In this document: positions 46,609 through 61,600 of the stretch, piece after piece
Layout of the letters: the number at the start of each line of letters is the position of its first letter
Position numbering within the stretch: the stretch's first letter is position 1
Source of the DNA: Candidatus Aenigmatarchaeota archaeon
GTDB lineage: Archaea > Aenigmatarchaeota > Aenigmatarchaeia > Aenigmatarchaeales > Aenigmatarchaeaceae
Assembly (NCBI GenBank): GCA_043814985.1
Contig: JBDRJK010000001.1
Coordinates: 34,436 to 98,435 of the forward strand
DNA: 64,000 nucleotides
Direction of reading: 5' to 3'
Notes under the pieces: model-generated
Database searches by the model: none
What the model was told of the DNA's origin: nothing
The model's input: the letters and a program-made list of their open reading frames with translations, nothing else
Program-made: the position numbers and the translations under genes

Positions 46609-49600
46609 CACTAAGTCAGGACAGAGCCAATTATTGATTCCCCTACTCTTGATTATCTCATCGGCAATGGTATTTGCCACAAATGTCACTCTAAATTTGA
46701 CCAAAAACACAACACCATCAGGAGCTTTTGTAGGCATTCCAAACAGTACAAATGAAACTAATAATTCGCAAGAATTTGTATTCCCAATAGAGGTTTGGGC
46801 TGAAACCTACATTGGTATGAACATAGATGGAAATGTTGTTAAAGCTCACTTGTTCTTGGACAACCAAACAAAAATTGAGAACCACCAAATCAATCTTTAC
46901 CTGAATGGTGTTTTCTTTGGTTCTGATTTAACTGATGTTGAAGGCATTGCTGAATTCACTGTTTCTGAATTTGGGGAATATAAGATATTTGCTGTTTTTG
47001 AAGGCAGAGACTTCTTGAACCCATCTGAAATCAACCTAACTGAGATAATTCAAGAAAATGAGGTTATTTTCGAGATTCTTGGAACAGAGCAGGGTGATAT
47101 TGAGATTGGGGAACCTGTTAAATGGGAGAAGAAATTCAGATTATTTAACCCGAATGACAGGGATGCCTTAGCAGATTTCGAATTGGACTTTCCTGAAGAT
47201 GCTTTTAGCGTTAATGTCGCTGAAAAGGACACGAAAAAGATGTTGAATTTGATTAAGAAATCCATTAGGGAATGGCTCAAAGCCAATGAGAGTAGGGAAT
47301 ATATGCTGGAATACTTCACAGATTCACCAGTCGTAATCGAGGAACTGGTAAACAAGTACAAGAAAGTGATTAACATCAGCTCTCCGATACACTATGAGAA
47401 TGTTCCTGTCTACACTGACATTGAAGAGACTTCCCAAGATTCCATAAGGATTTACTGGATTGTTGATGGTGAGAGAGTAGATATTACTAATAATCCTTCA
47501 TTCAATGTTATTTTCATTGATTCCAATGGAAATGGCCTAATAGATAGAGTAGAGTGGGTTGTTCCACATCTTTCAGACCAGATATTCGAAATTTCAATTA
47601 CTGTCTTGAATGTAGATACTCTTGTAAGAGATGGTGATAACTGGGTAGTCGCATTCAATACAACTGGAACAGCCAATTTGACCATTAATTCCACAAATGC
47701 TGGATGGACTGAGTTTCTGACAGACAACACAAGCACATTTGACGAAATGTTACTGTTGGATATTAATTGTGGCAATGTTTCTTTGAAAGACTCATTACAA
47801 TTGATTGATGAATTTGATAATGTTTACAATTACTCTGACTTAACTGCAAATGACACAATAGACATAAAGCATTTGTTTGTTGAGAATTATTCTTGCAATG
47901 ATACTGGTCTCATAAGCAATAACATGTTAAAAGCTGGTTATGCTGCTCTACAATTCACCTTCGGAGACCAGATTGCTTATGCTTATGATGCTGCAGTAGT
48001 ATGTAACTGGTCAACAGATACTGTTAACTGGGCAGATCAACAAGGTGGTGGTGGTTCTGCATGGGGAACTTCAAATACAACATGGAATCTAGGATATAAT
48101 TGTAGCGAAGCAGGCGGTCCTTCAACTGGCTGCTATATCGCAAACATAACAATAAACATGTATGGTGCTTCGGCGAGCCCTGCATCTGGTGGATTAGGTT
48201 TTGTAATATTTAGCAATGACTCAACACAATTCTTTCCTCTTGCGATTAATGTGGGTGGCGCATATACTTATGGTCCTGTAGATTCTTGTGGAGCTAATAA
48301 CAACTATACTGGTGGAACAGGTTATCCTGGTAGTACACCAAACAGCACTCCAAATACATGTAACATAAGTTTTACTGACTGGTTTAATGTAACATCATAC
48401 ACGGTTAATTGGTATATACCTGGTAAGGGTTCTGTGTCAATTCCAACAATTAGTTACCAGTGGTGTTGGGAAGACGCGCTTCCAAAATTAGATAATCCAG
48501 CTGTTAATGGCACACAATCAGGATATAGTGCAGGTTGGGGAAGTATATTCAACTTTTCAGTAGAAATATGGGAACCTCAAGGCAGTGAAAGTAATGTGAG
48601 TTTATGGTATACTCCAACTGCAGGAACAGGTTGGATGTTTGCAGGATCAAGAAACGATACTTCGCCTCCAACTTCTTCTCCAGGCAACTTGACTAATTTT
48701 ACTATAAACTATAGCTGTAGTGGAGGAACAATTACAGACAGTTTATCAAATGATTTGGGTGTTGTTGGGGCAGCAAAATACTATAAATTCAATGCTACTG
48801 ACCCTTACTCCAATAAAAACGATACTTTTGATTCTTATGGAAACATATATTTCACACCTACAAAAGATGATGTAAATGTTGTGAACGAGACTCCTACAGC
48901 TAATATTATTATAAACAGAAGTGACACAACTGATTTTGTTGTAGAGGTATATGACAGGGAAAAACAGAGTTACGGTAGTGGACAGTCTGGAAAAATATGG
49001 GTGTCTACCTATGAATATGATCAGAACACCAGTTATTTGGTAAGTACTAATTCCACTGGGCATTTAGTACAAACATTTACGAATGCTATCTGGTGTGGGG
49101 ACGAAAAATATTATCTTGGTGTTCATAAATGGAGTGGTGGAACAGACAGTGATTCTTGTGTACAAAACAATGTAACTGAAAGTTCAAATTTCACCCTGTT
49201 GGGTAGTTTATACAACACATTAAACATTCCAGATGGAAGTTCAAATTTCACCCAAGCTCAAACAATAGATTTTACTGCAAGTGTGGCTGATGACTGTAGT
49301 GTTGGAAGAACAGCAACTTCCACAATTAACATCACTATGGTTAATAACGACACTGAATATTTTTGTATTGCTTCAGCAGCTGGTGAATGTTCTATAAGCA
49401 CAGACATTTCTTTCCCGACAGGATGGTACAATGTTACCATAGTTTCAAACAAATCTTACCATAATGATGGTTATTCTATTGATCAGGATGTTTTCTATCT
49501 ATTACCTTACAGGAATGTTTTCAATGAGTCAGTAAATCCAGACTCTGCATATTGGAGCTATCCAAATTGGAACTTCTCTGTTTTAGCAACTTCAGGCGAC

Positions 49601-52600
49601 AACGACCAAATGAATGTATCGCTTTATCTAAGGAAACAAGGTGAAAGTTATTCAGAATGCACTGGGTGTTTTAATCAGACCCCAACAATTTGTGTTAACT
49701 GTGAAAACCAGTCAGTATTCTGGTATCGTAATTTCACTGAACCAGATTCAGGTAGCAATTGGTACTATCAGTTCAGGATGTATAACAACCTAACTGGTGA
49801 ACTTGAAGACCAAACAACCGAGCATTCATTCTACGTGGACAGTATTCCAGATGAAAAAATATATTTGGAGAACGTAACTCAAAGCCCGTCTTCAGGGCAA
49901 TGGGGTGGAACTCCATTCACTTTCAATATTACTGTTAACACGACAGGTATAAACAATGTAAGTGTATTCCTTTGGACTTCAGACAGTGCTACTGGTCCAT
50001 GGTCATTGGTGGAATACCAGAACTACACTATCCCTCCTGGTGGCTGGCAAATAATAAATTACACGACATATTTCGACTGTAATGACATTGACACTGACAA
50101 GTATTTCTTCTTCAATGCAACCAACTACAACATGTCAACAAATACAACAACACCCCAAAGTTTTGAAATAACAAGAGATAGAATAGAGCTTGATTACTAC
50201 TGGGGGCATGACTCGACAGCTAACAGGTCAGGTGACCAGACTGATTTCTTGCTTTTCCGTGCAACCAATGTTAATGGCAGTGACATGGGAAGCTTCCCAA
50301 TAAAATACTCTGTAACATCTGGTAATTCAACAGAAACATATTATACAGATAATAATTTTGTAACTAATACAAATAGTACTGGATTTGCTGAATTTTATTT
50401 CAATGCTACTTGTTTGAATGATTACATTGGAGCACCAAAATTCCAAGTCAGAGAACAGCAATGGAAGGCTCAGTTAAATGACTCTGAACTAGATTGTTAC
50501 TATCAGAATGATAGTTCTGATATCTGGTATAGAAACATGAGTGTTATGGGTAATATCCTGATAACACTATCAAACCCCGACGGAACTGAAAATGTGACTC
50601 AGGAGAATATAATGACTTTCCTTGGTTCCAGCGATGATGACTGTGGGGATTCTCTGAAATTGAACTATACCTTTGGATATGAGGAGATAAAGTACTATGC
50701 AAACAATACTCCGACAACTGGTTTTGACTGTGGTAATTCAACTCTGATTGGTGCCAACGCTTATCGTTGCTACTGGCAGACTGACACTGATACGCCTGTC
50801 CAGGATTACAATGCATCAATGTTTGTGAACAGAATTGGTTACTATCCCAACCAGACATTGGATGATGCTTCCAGAGGATGGCTGTTCTATGTTGATGCAC
50901 TAAGGCAATTCACAAACATAAGTGTTGTGCCTTCGTCAGCCCTATGGGATACAACAGACTGGAACTTCTCCGTCATTGCAACATCAGGAGATTACAACAA
51001 TGAAACAATTGTGCTGCAATTGAAACAGGGTGCTGGTGCATGGCAGAACTGTGAAGATGCTTTAGCACAATGCTACAACATGACTCCAACCAACTGTACA
51101 CACTGCATAAATGAGACATACTTCTGGCATGCCAACTTCACTGCAGACGATGCAGGAACGTGGTTCTACAAGTTCCAGATGAACAACAGCGATACCTATG
51201 TCATAGACGAGGAAACAACTGGCACTGATAGTTTTGACGTGCTGGCAAGCGATGTAAAGATATATATGGAGAATGTCACCAAGTATCCAACGACAGGAAG
51301 CTGGGGTGGTGGCAACTTCACTTTCAATGTTACTGTTAACACGAGTGGTATAAACAATGTTTCTGTATTCCTGTGGACTTCCAACAGCTCCACTGGGCCT
51401 TGGACATTAATTGAAGAGCAGAATTATACTATTCCACCAGGAGATTGGCAACAATTTAATTTTAGTAATGCTTATTATTGTGATGATATAGGGACCAATT
51501 ATTTCTTCTTCAATGCAACGAACTATAACCTGTCGACAAACATGACAAGTCCCCAGAGCTTCACAGTGACAAAGGATACTGTGATATTAGAATACATAGA
51601 GGGTAACAACACAATTGCAAACAGGTCAGGAAGTCAAACTCAGAATCTATCTATAAGATTGAGTGATGGCAACGGTACATACCTAACTGATTTCAATATG
51701 ACCTACTATGTGGAGACAAATAGTTTCGAATATGATTCTGGTAACAATGTGACTTCTGACTCTTCTGGTTATGCCAATTATTCATTTGAACCAACATGTT
51801 CCGGTCCAAGATACGAAGTCGGGAATCAAAACTGGAAAACTGCTGCCTTGGAACAGCAGTGTTATCAGACCAATGACACTGACACTGCAGGGTTTGCCTT
51901 GAATCTGACAGTGATGGGCGACTTCAACATTAGCTTCAATTATCCTGAAACTGTTAACCAAAGTCTTGGCGATCAGGTAATATTCGAATCTGTCATAAAG
52001 GACAATTGTAATGTGGAATTAGGGGGAATAGAAGTAAGATACAATGCAACAAATGAAAACTTCAATGACGAATGTTCTTTGGTTACAAGTCCAGCCACTG
52101 GTCTTTACAGGTGTTTTGAGGGCGGAACAAACGGCTGGGATTCAACAGGAGCTAGGCAGGGTTGGTACAACGCAACTATTAACGCTACCAAAGATTTCTA
52201 CTGGAACAATGTCACAACCAAAGCAGAGGAAGGCCTTGGTCATTTCTATCTATACAGAAAACCAACATTGAGTGGAGATATTGTTGTTCCTTCAATTGGA
52301 GGATGGGCTTTGGACAGAAACTTCTCAGTCAATGTTACTGATGATCCTATTGACAATGTTACTGTTTTCCTATGGCATAGGAGCTCTGGAGGAACTGGAA
52401 ATGTCTGGGAACAGATAAGCACATCTAAATTATGTTCTGATTGCGACAATACCAATGTGAACTGGACTGATGTCAGTTACAACTGTTCATTCGCGTCTGC
52501 TGGAGGTTCTGTTGATTATAAGTTCAATGCCACTGATTTGGATTTGAATAATACTGAAGCTTCAGGATCGTTCACTGTTAATTACGACAATGTCAGTGTT

Positions 52601-55600
52601 ACCAACATAACACCTGTTGCTACTGCCACTATTAACAGAACAGACACCACATCCTTTATCATCGGACTATATGATTTGGACAATAGCACTTCTCCAAATA
52701 ACACACAAAGTAAGATATGGTTCACAACAACTGATGCAGCCACATGGGAAAGCGATGTTGCTGCTCCAACGATTTATTCAAACTCAACTGGTCATTTGAA
52801 CAGGTCAATGACAGCAAGTGGTTGGACCAACCTTTTGGGTTGTGACAATACATACAGCCTGGGTGTTCATTATTGGAAGGGTGGTTCTTACGGATCCAAC
52901 TGTCCTCCAGGTTTGGTTGACAACATAACCTCCTCTATTATATTCACCTTGATGGGAGAATTGAGCAATACCATTTACTGGCCTGTTGGAACCCAAAACT
53001 ACACTGTCGGAAGCGGTATCCACTTGAATGGAACTGTTGTCAGGGATAGCAGCTGTGGTGCAGCTACTGGCATAAGCGTTCTATATAACATTACAAACGG
53101 GACTCATGCGTACAGCTGTGACGGTGTTCACAGGGGCAACGGTGTTTACAACTGCAGCTGGGATTCCAGCGACAAGGCAACAGGTTGGTACAATATCACA
53201 ATGATATCTTACGGCAGCAATTACCATAATGGGACTGATGTTCAGAGTGATGCATTCTACTTGAGAAGTGGAATTCAATTAGAAGACATTTCAATGGAAC
53301 CTGTTGGTGGTGGGAGCTATGGATATTCACCGTTTAACTTTACTGTAAATGTAACATCATCAGACAATGAGAATGTCACTGTTTATTTGTATTTGCAAAA
53401 TGTTTCTGGCTGGTTCCTGGAGAATCAAAGTTCCTGTGTAAGTTGTGATAACACCTACTTCAAGTTCTCCAAGGATTATGACTGTTCGAACATTGGTTCT
53501 TGGGATTACAAGTTCAATGCCACATCTGTCACAGGAGCAGTTAACAACTCATTATCATCCAATAGCTTTACTGTAACAACAGATACAATAAGTATTAACT
53601 ATGGTTCTGGCAACGAGTCTTACGTAAACAGAAGCAACACTAATCCTGAATACGAGATTCCACTTGTTGTCCAAGTTTGGGATACTGTCAAGAACGAGTT
53701 GACAACTGACATAACACTAAGCAACATAAACGCATATGTTACAACAAGCGGTTCAAGTTGGATGGAGTTGTCTGGTGGGCTGGGAACTGTTGTCAATAAC
53801 ACAACTCACTTTAATGTAACATTCGATCCTAACTGTTCATTCTCCGCAGGAAAAAGAAACTGGAAGTTCAACATATCTGGTGAGACTTGTTATGGTGATG
53901 CTGAATCCAGCAACTATAATGTAACTGTTGTTGGTAATCTGTCTGCTTATTACATGAGTCCTACTGGAGGAGCAATATATGATTTAGGAGATAATGTTCC
54001 ATTGTTGGGTAATCTAACAGATGAGTGTAGCAATGACATCATCAATTCAAATGTCGGGTTCCAGCTGAACTCAAGTCCTTCCACAAGTTATTTCTGTACT
54101 TCACCTGGCAATGTCACTGGTAACTTCTATTCATGTGATTGGGATTCAAACAGTTATGATGTAGGCTATTATAATGTCACAATGATATCTTGGAATGATT
54201 CTTATGTCAATGGAACAGACTTTGAAACAGATGCAATCGAGATAAAGTCTATACCTGATCTGGATGTTGCTGATGTCAACCCAAGAGCGGAGGGGTGGGT
54301 CAAGACATTCAACTTTACTGTAAATGTAAGCGATAATGCTGGTGACACTGTCAATGTTTATCTTTGGGAATCTACTGATGGAAGCGAACCATGGATTCAG
54401 ATAGGTGGAATAAATAACTGCACAACTTGCGTTAACGAAACCATGACATGGAACAAGACATACATTTGTGATGATGTCGGGAACAACAGGGTATTCAAGT
54501 TCAATTCAACAGACACAGAAGGTAACAACTATAGCACATCTCTAGTGGCGGGTGATTATGTTGGTGGAAGCAACACTTTCAATATTGAGAAGAATAACAT
54601 AGGCATTGAATACATAATTGGAAATGAAACCAATGCTAGTACTGTCGACCCTGCATTGTTTATTGTGAGGGTGTATGACATTGACAATTCATCCAGTTAC
54701 TATATGACACCTAGCATTGATATTTCATTCAATGTAACCAAACAAGGTTTGAGTAATACTTTCTTTACTGTTGGCAGCAATACAAGCAATGCAACAGGTC
54801 ACATTATCTACTATTTCACACCAGACTCAAGCTTTGCTTCTGTAAAACAAAACTGGACAGCATTTACTTCTGCAGGTGAGGGATGCTACAAACTAAACCA
54901 AAGCGATTATTACAATGTAACAACCCAAACACACGTTCCAAAAATAGAGAACGAGACAGTTGATCCTCAAGTAGGAGGATGGGGAGACGCCAGACAGTTT
55001 AATGTGTCGATATACGATGCCAATGACACTGCCGTTGTAAGATTGTGGAAGTCAACAAGCACTGGAGGACCTTGGACATTTGTAGCTTATCAGAATTATA
55101 CTGATGTTGGAAATTGGGAAAATGTATCCTTCTTGATTAATTTCACTTGCACTGATTACAGAACAGAGCCGTGGTACTTCAAGCTAAATGTTAGTGATGA
55201 TTTCAACAACACGAACTCGACTGATACACCAGAACCCGAGAACAATTACACTGTCAACAAGGATGCTGTAATATTTGAAGAATTTTATGGCAATAACTCA
55301 ACTGCGAATCGTATTGGAAGCCAAACCGATTTATTGTCTTTAAGATTAAGAGATGGAAACGGAACCTATTTGACTGATTTCAATGCCACTTTTTATGTGA
55401 CTACTGACGGAGTCAGCTGGCCTGGTAGTGGTGTTGTCAATCAGAGCAATAGCAGTGGTTATGTTCACTATAACTTTAATCCCATTTGTTCACCAAAGAA
55501 CCAAGTAGGTGACCAGATGTGGAAGGTTGAAGTCGGTGACTCGTGCTATCAGACCAACAGCACCAACACATCAGATTTATTCTTGAACCTGACAGTTATG

Positions 55601-58600
55601 GGCAACATAAACCTTACTTTCACTAGGCCTGATGGAACTACAAACTATACACAGGAAGATCCAATACTGTTCCAGGGTTATACTTACGATGATTGTGGAG
55701 GTGCTATTGCGCCAACAGTAAAGTTCTATGCAAACAATTCAACTGATTATGGCTTTGATTGCGGTAGTGTACAAAAAATAGGTGAAAACGTATTTGAGTG
55801 TACCTGGCAAACCCAGATAACAACACCAAGGGGTTGGTACAACACAACAATGGATGCGAACATAACAGGCCATTATAACAACTTCAGCATAAACTCTGGC
55901 ACTTCTGGTTTGTTCTACTTGAACCCAATATATAAAATAGAAAACATTTTAGGAACACCAACTACAGATGGTTGGGGATACACCAACTGGAACTTTTCAG
56001 CAATAATATCTTCTGGCGATCCTGACACAAGCTATCCTTTGGAGATATTCATGAACAAAGGTTCCCCTGACTTCACAACAGCTTGTTCAGGTTCAACATG
56101 TTTTAACCAGACAACTGTAGAGTGCATTTATCCCGAATGTGTCAACAAAACAGTTTTCTGGTACAGGAACTTCTCTTACAATGATCAGGGAACATGGTTC
56201 TTCAAGTTGAGCTTAGCAGCTGAAGAAACTTCTGGTAATGATATTGTGACAGTGGTAAAAGATGATATACTCATAAACCATTCGTTTGGTAATGGTGAGA
56301 GTGTAAACAGAAGCGGTGATCAATCAAAGCTTTTGGTTGTTTTTGTAAATGATACGGACAGAAACCTGTCAGCAGCAAATCCTTTTGTAAATGTTTATTT
56401 CAATGTAACCAACAACACAGCCAGCAATTATTTAATTTACGGCGCTAACTCTACAAACACAACTGGTTATTCCAATGCAACATTTAACCCGAACTGTGAT
56501 TATTCCAATGGAACTCAGAATTGGTTTTCCTATGTTTCAGGGGATTCAAACTACAATGATGCGAATTCCAGTATATTCAATATAACAATCTACGGAGACC
56601 TAAACCCATCTGAAATTAGAACTTACAACACAACGCATGAAACAAATTATTTCTTCCATGGTCAAAATGTAAACATTACTGGAATTGTAGAGGATGACTG
56701 TGGTAACAGAATCTCAAATGAAACAGGAATAAACGTAACATTCGAGGTTTTCAAAAATAATACTTATCCAGCATCGGCAGATACGTACTGTTTTGATGTA
56801 ACCTATCTTGGAAACGGAATATACAGCTGCCTATGGGACACCAAAACATATGAGAATGATACTTACAAGATAAGAATGGATGCAAGCAATGTAAGCTTCC
56901 ATAACAATGGGACATATTCGAAGCCCGGAGCATTTGGTTTGAATGTACCTCCAAACACGCCTCCAGTTGTAAGCGATGGGAGCGTAACACCAGACCCGGG
57001 TGGCTGGGGTTCAACATTCAACTTCTCAGTGAATGTAACAGATGGGGATGAATTCCAAAACGTTACTGTTCATTTCTGGGAATCTCCTGACGGAAGCGAG
57101 CCATGGACCTTAATAGAAGATCAAACATGCACAGATTGTGTTAACACTACTGTAAAAACTGTTTACTTCAGCAAAAACGATTACAGCTGCCAGCAAATAG
57201 GAATTAGATATTACAAGTTCAATGCAACTGATAATTCAAGTGAGGCAAATGCAGGTTCTGATTCTGATGATGGACCTTACAGTTTTAACCTGACAAGGGA
57301 TAATGTTGAATTCATTAATCCTGTTGGTAGTGCTGGTACTGTAAACAGAAGTGGTAGTCAGGACATATTCCTTGCAGTCCGGATTAACGACACCACTAAA
57401 GGTGTTTTAGTTGAATCTAATGTAACCGCTGGAAGGTTCTGGATAACTTATGATGAACTAAACTGGAACAGTGGAAGCAGTAACAGAACCTCTAACTCAT
57501 CTAGTTATGTAAACTACACATTCGACCCAACATGTACACCTACAAGGTACAATGTAAGCAATGCACAACAATGGAAAGTAGGAGTTTTGAATGATTCTTG
57601 TTATATTGATGCTAACAGTTCTAATTACACCTTGACAATAAAGGGTGATTTAACTAATTCAATGATTAGTCCTGACGGCGATGATGTTTTCTATGATCTT
57701 AACAACATTACATTTGAAGGAAACATAACGAGTGATTGTGGTGACAACTCTATAAATGATGCTAATGTTACTTTCAGCATCTCGCATCAAGCTTCTACTT
57801 ACTATGGCTCTCCGGACCCAGCAAATAACAACGGGACATTTTATAATGCTACGCATAATGTGACAGGAACGCCTGGTGGAAACTATTCATTTACCATGAA
57901 CTCCTCAAGGAATCTTTACAATCCTGATACTGATACCTTATCGAATGCATTCCATCATCAAATTGATCCTCAATTGACGAGCGACTATGTATCACCAGTA
58001 ACAGGATCATGGGGAACAACATTCAGTTTCTATACTGCAGTAACAGATGATGACGATGATGTCAACTTGACATTGTGGGTAAGATGTACAGGTGGAAATA
58101 CTACATTTAATCCTCTCTTTGATTGTAATGAATCCTCAGATTTCAAAGCTTGGGGGTCGCCCTCATCACAAATATGTGCTGATTGTGTAAGCCAGCAAAT
58201 GAATTCTAATTGGACCACTAGTATTGCAGGACATATAGGAGATTACGAATGGTTCTTTAATTCATCAGATAACTATGGTGGATCGAACAACACAACAATA
58301 AAAACATTCAATGTTACAAGAAGGAATGTTTACTTCAATGTAAGTCAAGGCAATAGTTCAAATGTAAGCAGGATAGGGTCAAACAATACATTACTCCAAG
58401 TAAGACTATTTGATGCTTTCAATGATGCCGGACTTAGTGGTTTCTCGGTAAAATTCTATGTAACGCTTGATGGTGCTATTTGGGACTCTTCTGTATCGAA
58501 CACAACATATAGCGGTGGTTATGGTGATTACTACTTCAATCCTACTTGCCCATCACCTTTCTTTAAAACTGGCAGGCAATGGTGGAAAACTACTTTTGAC

Positions 58601-61600
58601 CAAACCAATGCCTACAATACAGGCAACTCAGTCAACTATACTGTGGACATAAATTCAACCCTTAATGGAACAGTGATATACCCAACAGGACAGATAGTGT
58701 TTTCACAGGGAGACACTGTGGAAATTATAGCCAATCTAGAAGATGAATGTGAATACATTGATAATGCTGACAGTGTTGTTTTCAGGGCATATCCTGGAAG
58801 TTGGTCATGCGCACCAGAGCCTGCAGAAAATCTGAACAATGGAACGTACAACTGTACTTTGGCCACCGGATCATTGGGAACTGACATATACAATCTGACA
58901 ATAAACTCTAGCAAGTCTTATTATTATGATGGTTATGATGTAGAGCAAAATGCATTTGAAATAAGGAAGGCTCCTGTCCTAGCAAATCATAGTATAACAC
59001 CAACAGCAGAAGGTTGGGGTTATAATTATACAATAAACCTTACTGTCCAAGACCAGGACCTTGGTGACGTTGATAATGTAACTTTGTGGAAGAGTGTTGG
59101 TGGTGGGGATTGGGAATTCGTGCAATCGCAGAATTGTTCAAGTTGTACTGCCGAGACAACTAAAACTTTCTATCCTCAATTCAACTGTACTGACTACACT
59201 AACGGTCCTAATATCAACCTCAAATTCAATTCAAGCGACAGTTATGGATTGGCAGATGAGACATCCAACTTCTCCGTGACCTTCCAAAAGGACAACGTAT
59301 CATTCACAATAGTCGAGGGCGGTGGTACAGTAAACAGGGAAACTGACACAAAGTGGTTTATAGTTATTGTCAATGACAGTGACAGGAACAATGACACCAT
59401 AGACAATTCACAAGAAGTTGTGGACGGTAAGTACTGGTTCAGTTATAGTTCAGTGCCCATATTTGACGAGGGGCATGATGTCCAAACCAATGCAAGCGGC
59501 CACATGAGCCATGAATTTGCTCCTAACTGTACTTATCAGGTTGGAACAGAGTATTGGTATGTTGAGACAACTGGAAACGACTGTTATGCTGACACAGCTA
59601 CAAGCCAAACTGGAAACACTTATGTTTTGAAGGGTCAGTTGAAAACAAACCTCTTCGAGCCAGTACAATACTCAGAATTTAATGTTACTCAAAACATAAC
59701 GTTTAGGTGGAATGTTTATTCTGATTGTAGCAATGAAGGCAACATCACTGGCGTGACCAACACAATTGACTTGAATAATTTCGATAACACATCAACCTGT
59801 TCATCACCACAAGAAGAGGGAGCATCTGGAGTTTACAATTGTACCTGGAACTCAACAGGAGAACCAGAGGGCAACTGGACAGTGAATGTCACATCTGAGA
59901 AAAACCCATCACTCGAGTACAACACGAACTACAGCAGCTATCAGGATTGGTTCTTCTTGAACAACAAAAATGCAACTGGAGTAAACCCCTTGGTTAATCC
60001 ACCCAATGGAGGATGGGGAGTCTCTTACAGATACAACATAACAGTAAATGATTCTGAAAACGACACAGTATCATGTAGCCTGTATACTAACACAAGCGGC
60101 TCATGGGTGTACAGAGGCATTAACGACATAGTAACACCAGGCAACTGTTCAATCGTGGTTGACAACTTCACTTGTAGCGACCAAGGAACAGGCCAATACT
60201 ATTTCATGATAAACGACACTTACAACACAATAAACACCTCTGAAACTCTAGGTACAACCAGTGGTCCTAGTATTGGAAGGGATGAGGTAAGTGTTACATT
60301 AGTGCAATCAGGCGGGTATCCTGATTACAATGTAAACAGGAGCGGAGGCCAAAACACTACATTGATGCTATTAGTCAACGACACTATTAGAAACCAAGTA
60401 ACTAATGACACTAACGTAACTTTCTGGGTAACCACTGATAGGGTCAGTTATGACTCTGGAAACGTTGTAAACACAAATGAGACTGGTCATGCGATTTATG
60501 TTTTCAATCCAAACTGTAGCGCACCTTTCTATGATGTTGGAAACCAGACTTGGATAGGAGGAACTAATGATTATTGTTATAATGATACAAACACGACAGC
60601 CAACTTTAGTTTAATGTTATGGGGAGACTTGATAAACACTGTGATTGAACCCACTAGCGGCTTCACAGTCTTGCGTGGAAATAACACAACCATAAGGGTA
60701 AATGTAACAGATGATTGTTCTGCTGCTGTTAACATAGATACAATTAATCTAACATCAATACAGGAGCCAAATGAATATGGCTGCTCGCCAATTCTAAACG
60801 AGACTGGAACAGGTTTCTACAATTGCACATTCAACACAAGCTCACCATCACTGATGCCTGCAAGATATTATAAAATAAATGTCAACACAACAAAACAGAA
60901 CCATACTTTCGGTGACATGAATGAAACTGATGCATTCTTCATTGAGACAGAACCCGTCTTAACAAACGAAAGCGTTACACCTGAACAGGCAGGCTGGGGT
61001 TCAACATATACCTTCACTGTCAACTTCACAGACGAGGACTTGGACACAAGCACTGTAACAGTATGGTTCAGGAAATGCACTGATGAGAATTGTACTGCAT
61101 ACAGCCCTGACTGGAGTGGTGCAAACTCTATAAGCAACAGCACTGTTACTGGTATTGGAACAAGTGTTTCATTCAACAAGAACTGGGTGTGTGGTGATAT
61201 AGGTTACTGGCAGTACAAGTTCAATTCCAGTGATTCAAGAAGCTATGTCAATGAAACAGCAGTCCACCAGTTCAATCTAACCAGAGATGCCATATCAATC
61301 GAACACTACTATGGGGACAATTCTACTTCTAACAGAAGCATCCCAGAATCCCAGATGTTGACTGTAAGGGTGTTGGATATAGACAGGGGATATTATATCC
61401 ACGGAGGAGGCTTGCCTTCGACTGTAAATGGAAAAATACTGATTACAAACGACACTGTTAGTAATTTCCTTACAGTATTTTCTGACGTTGCTTCGTCAGG
61501 AGGAGGTTACTTAAACAGAACATGGACTCCCAATTGTACCTTTGAGATCGGACCACAGAAATGGAAAGCCACCATGGAAAACGATGGCTGTTATCAAGAC

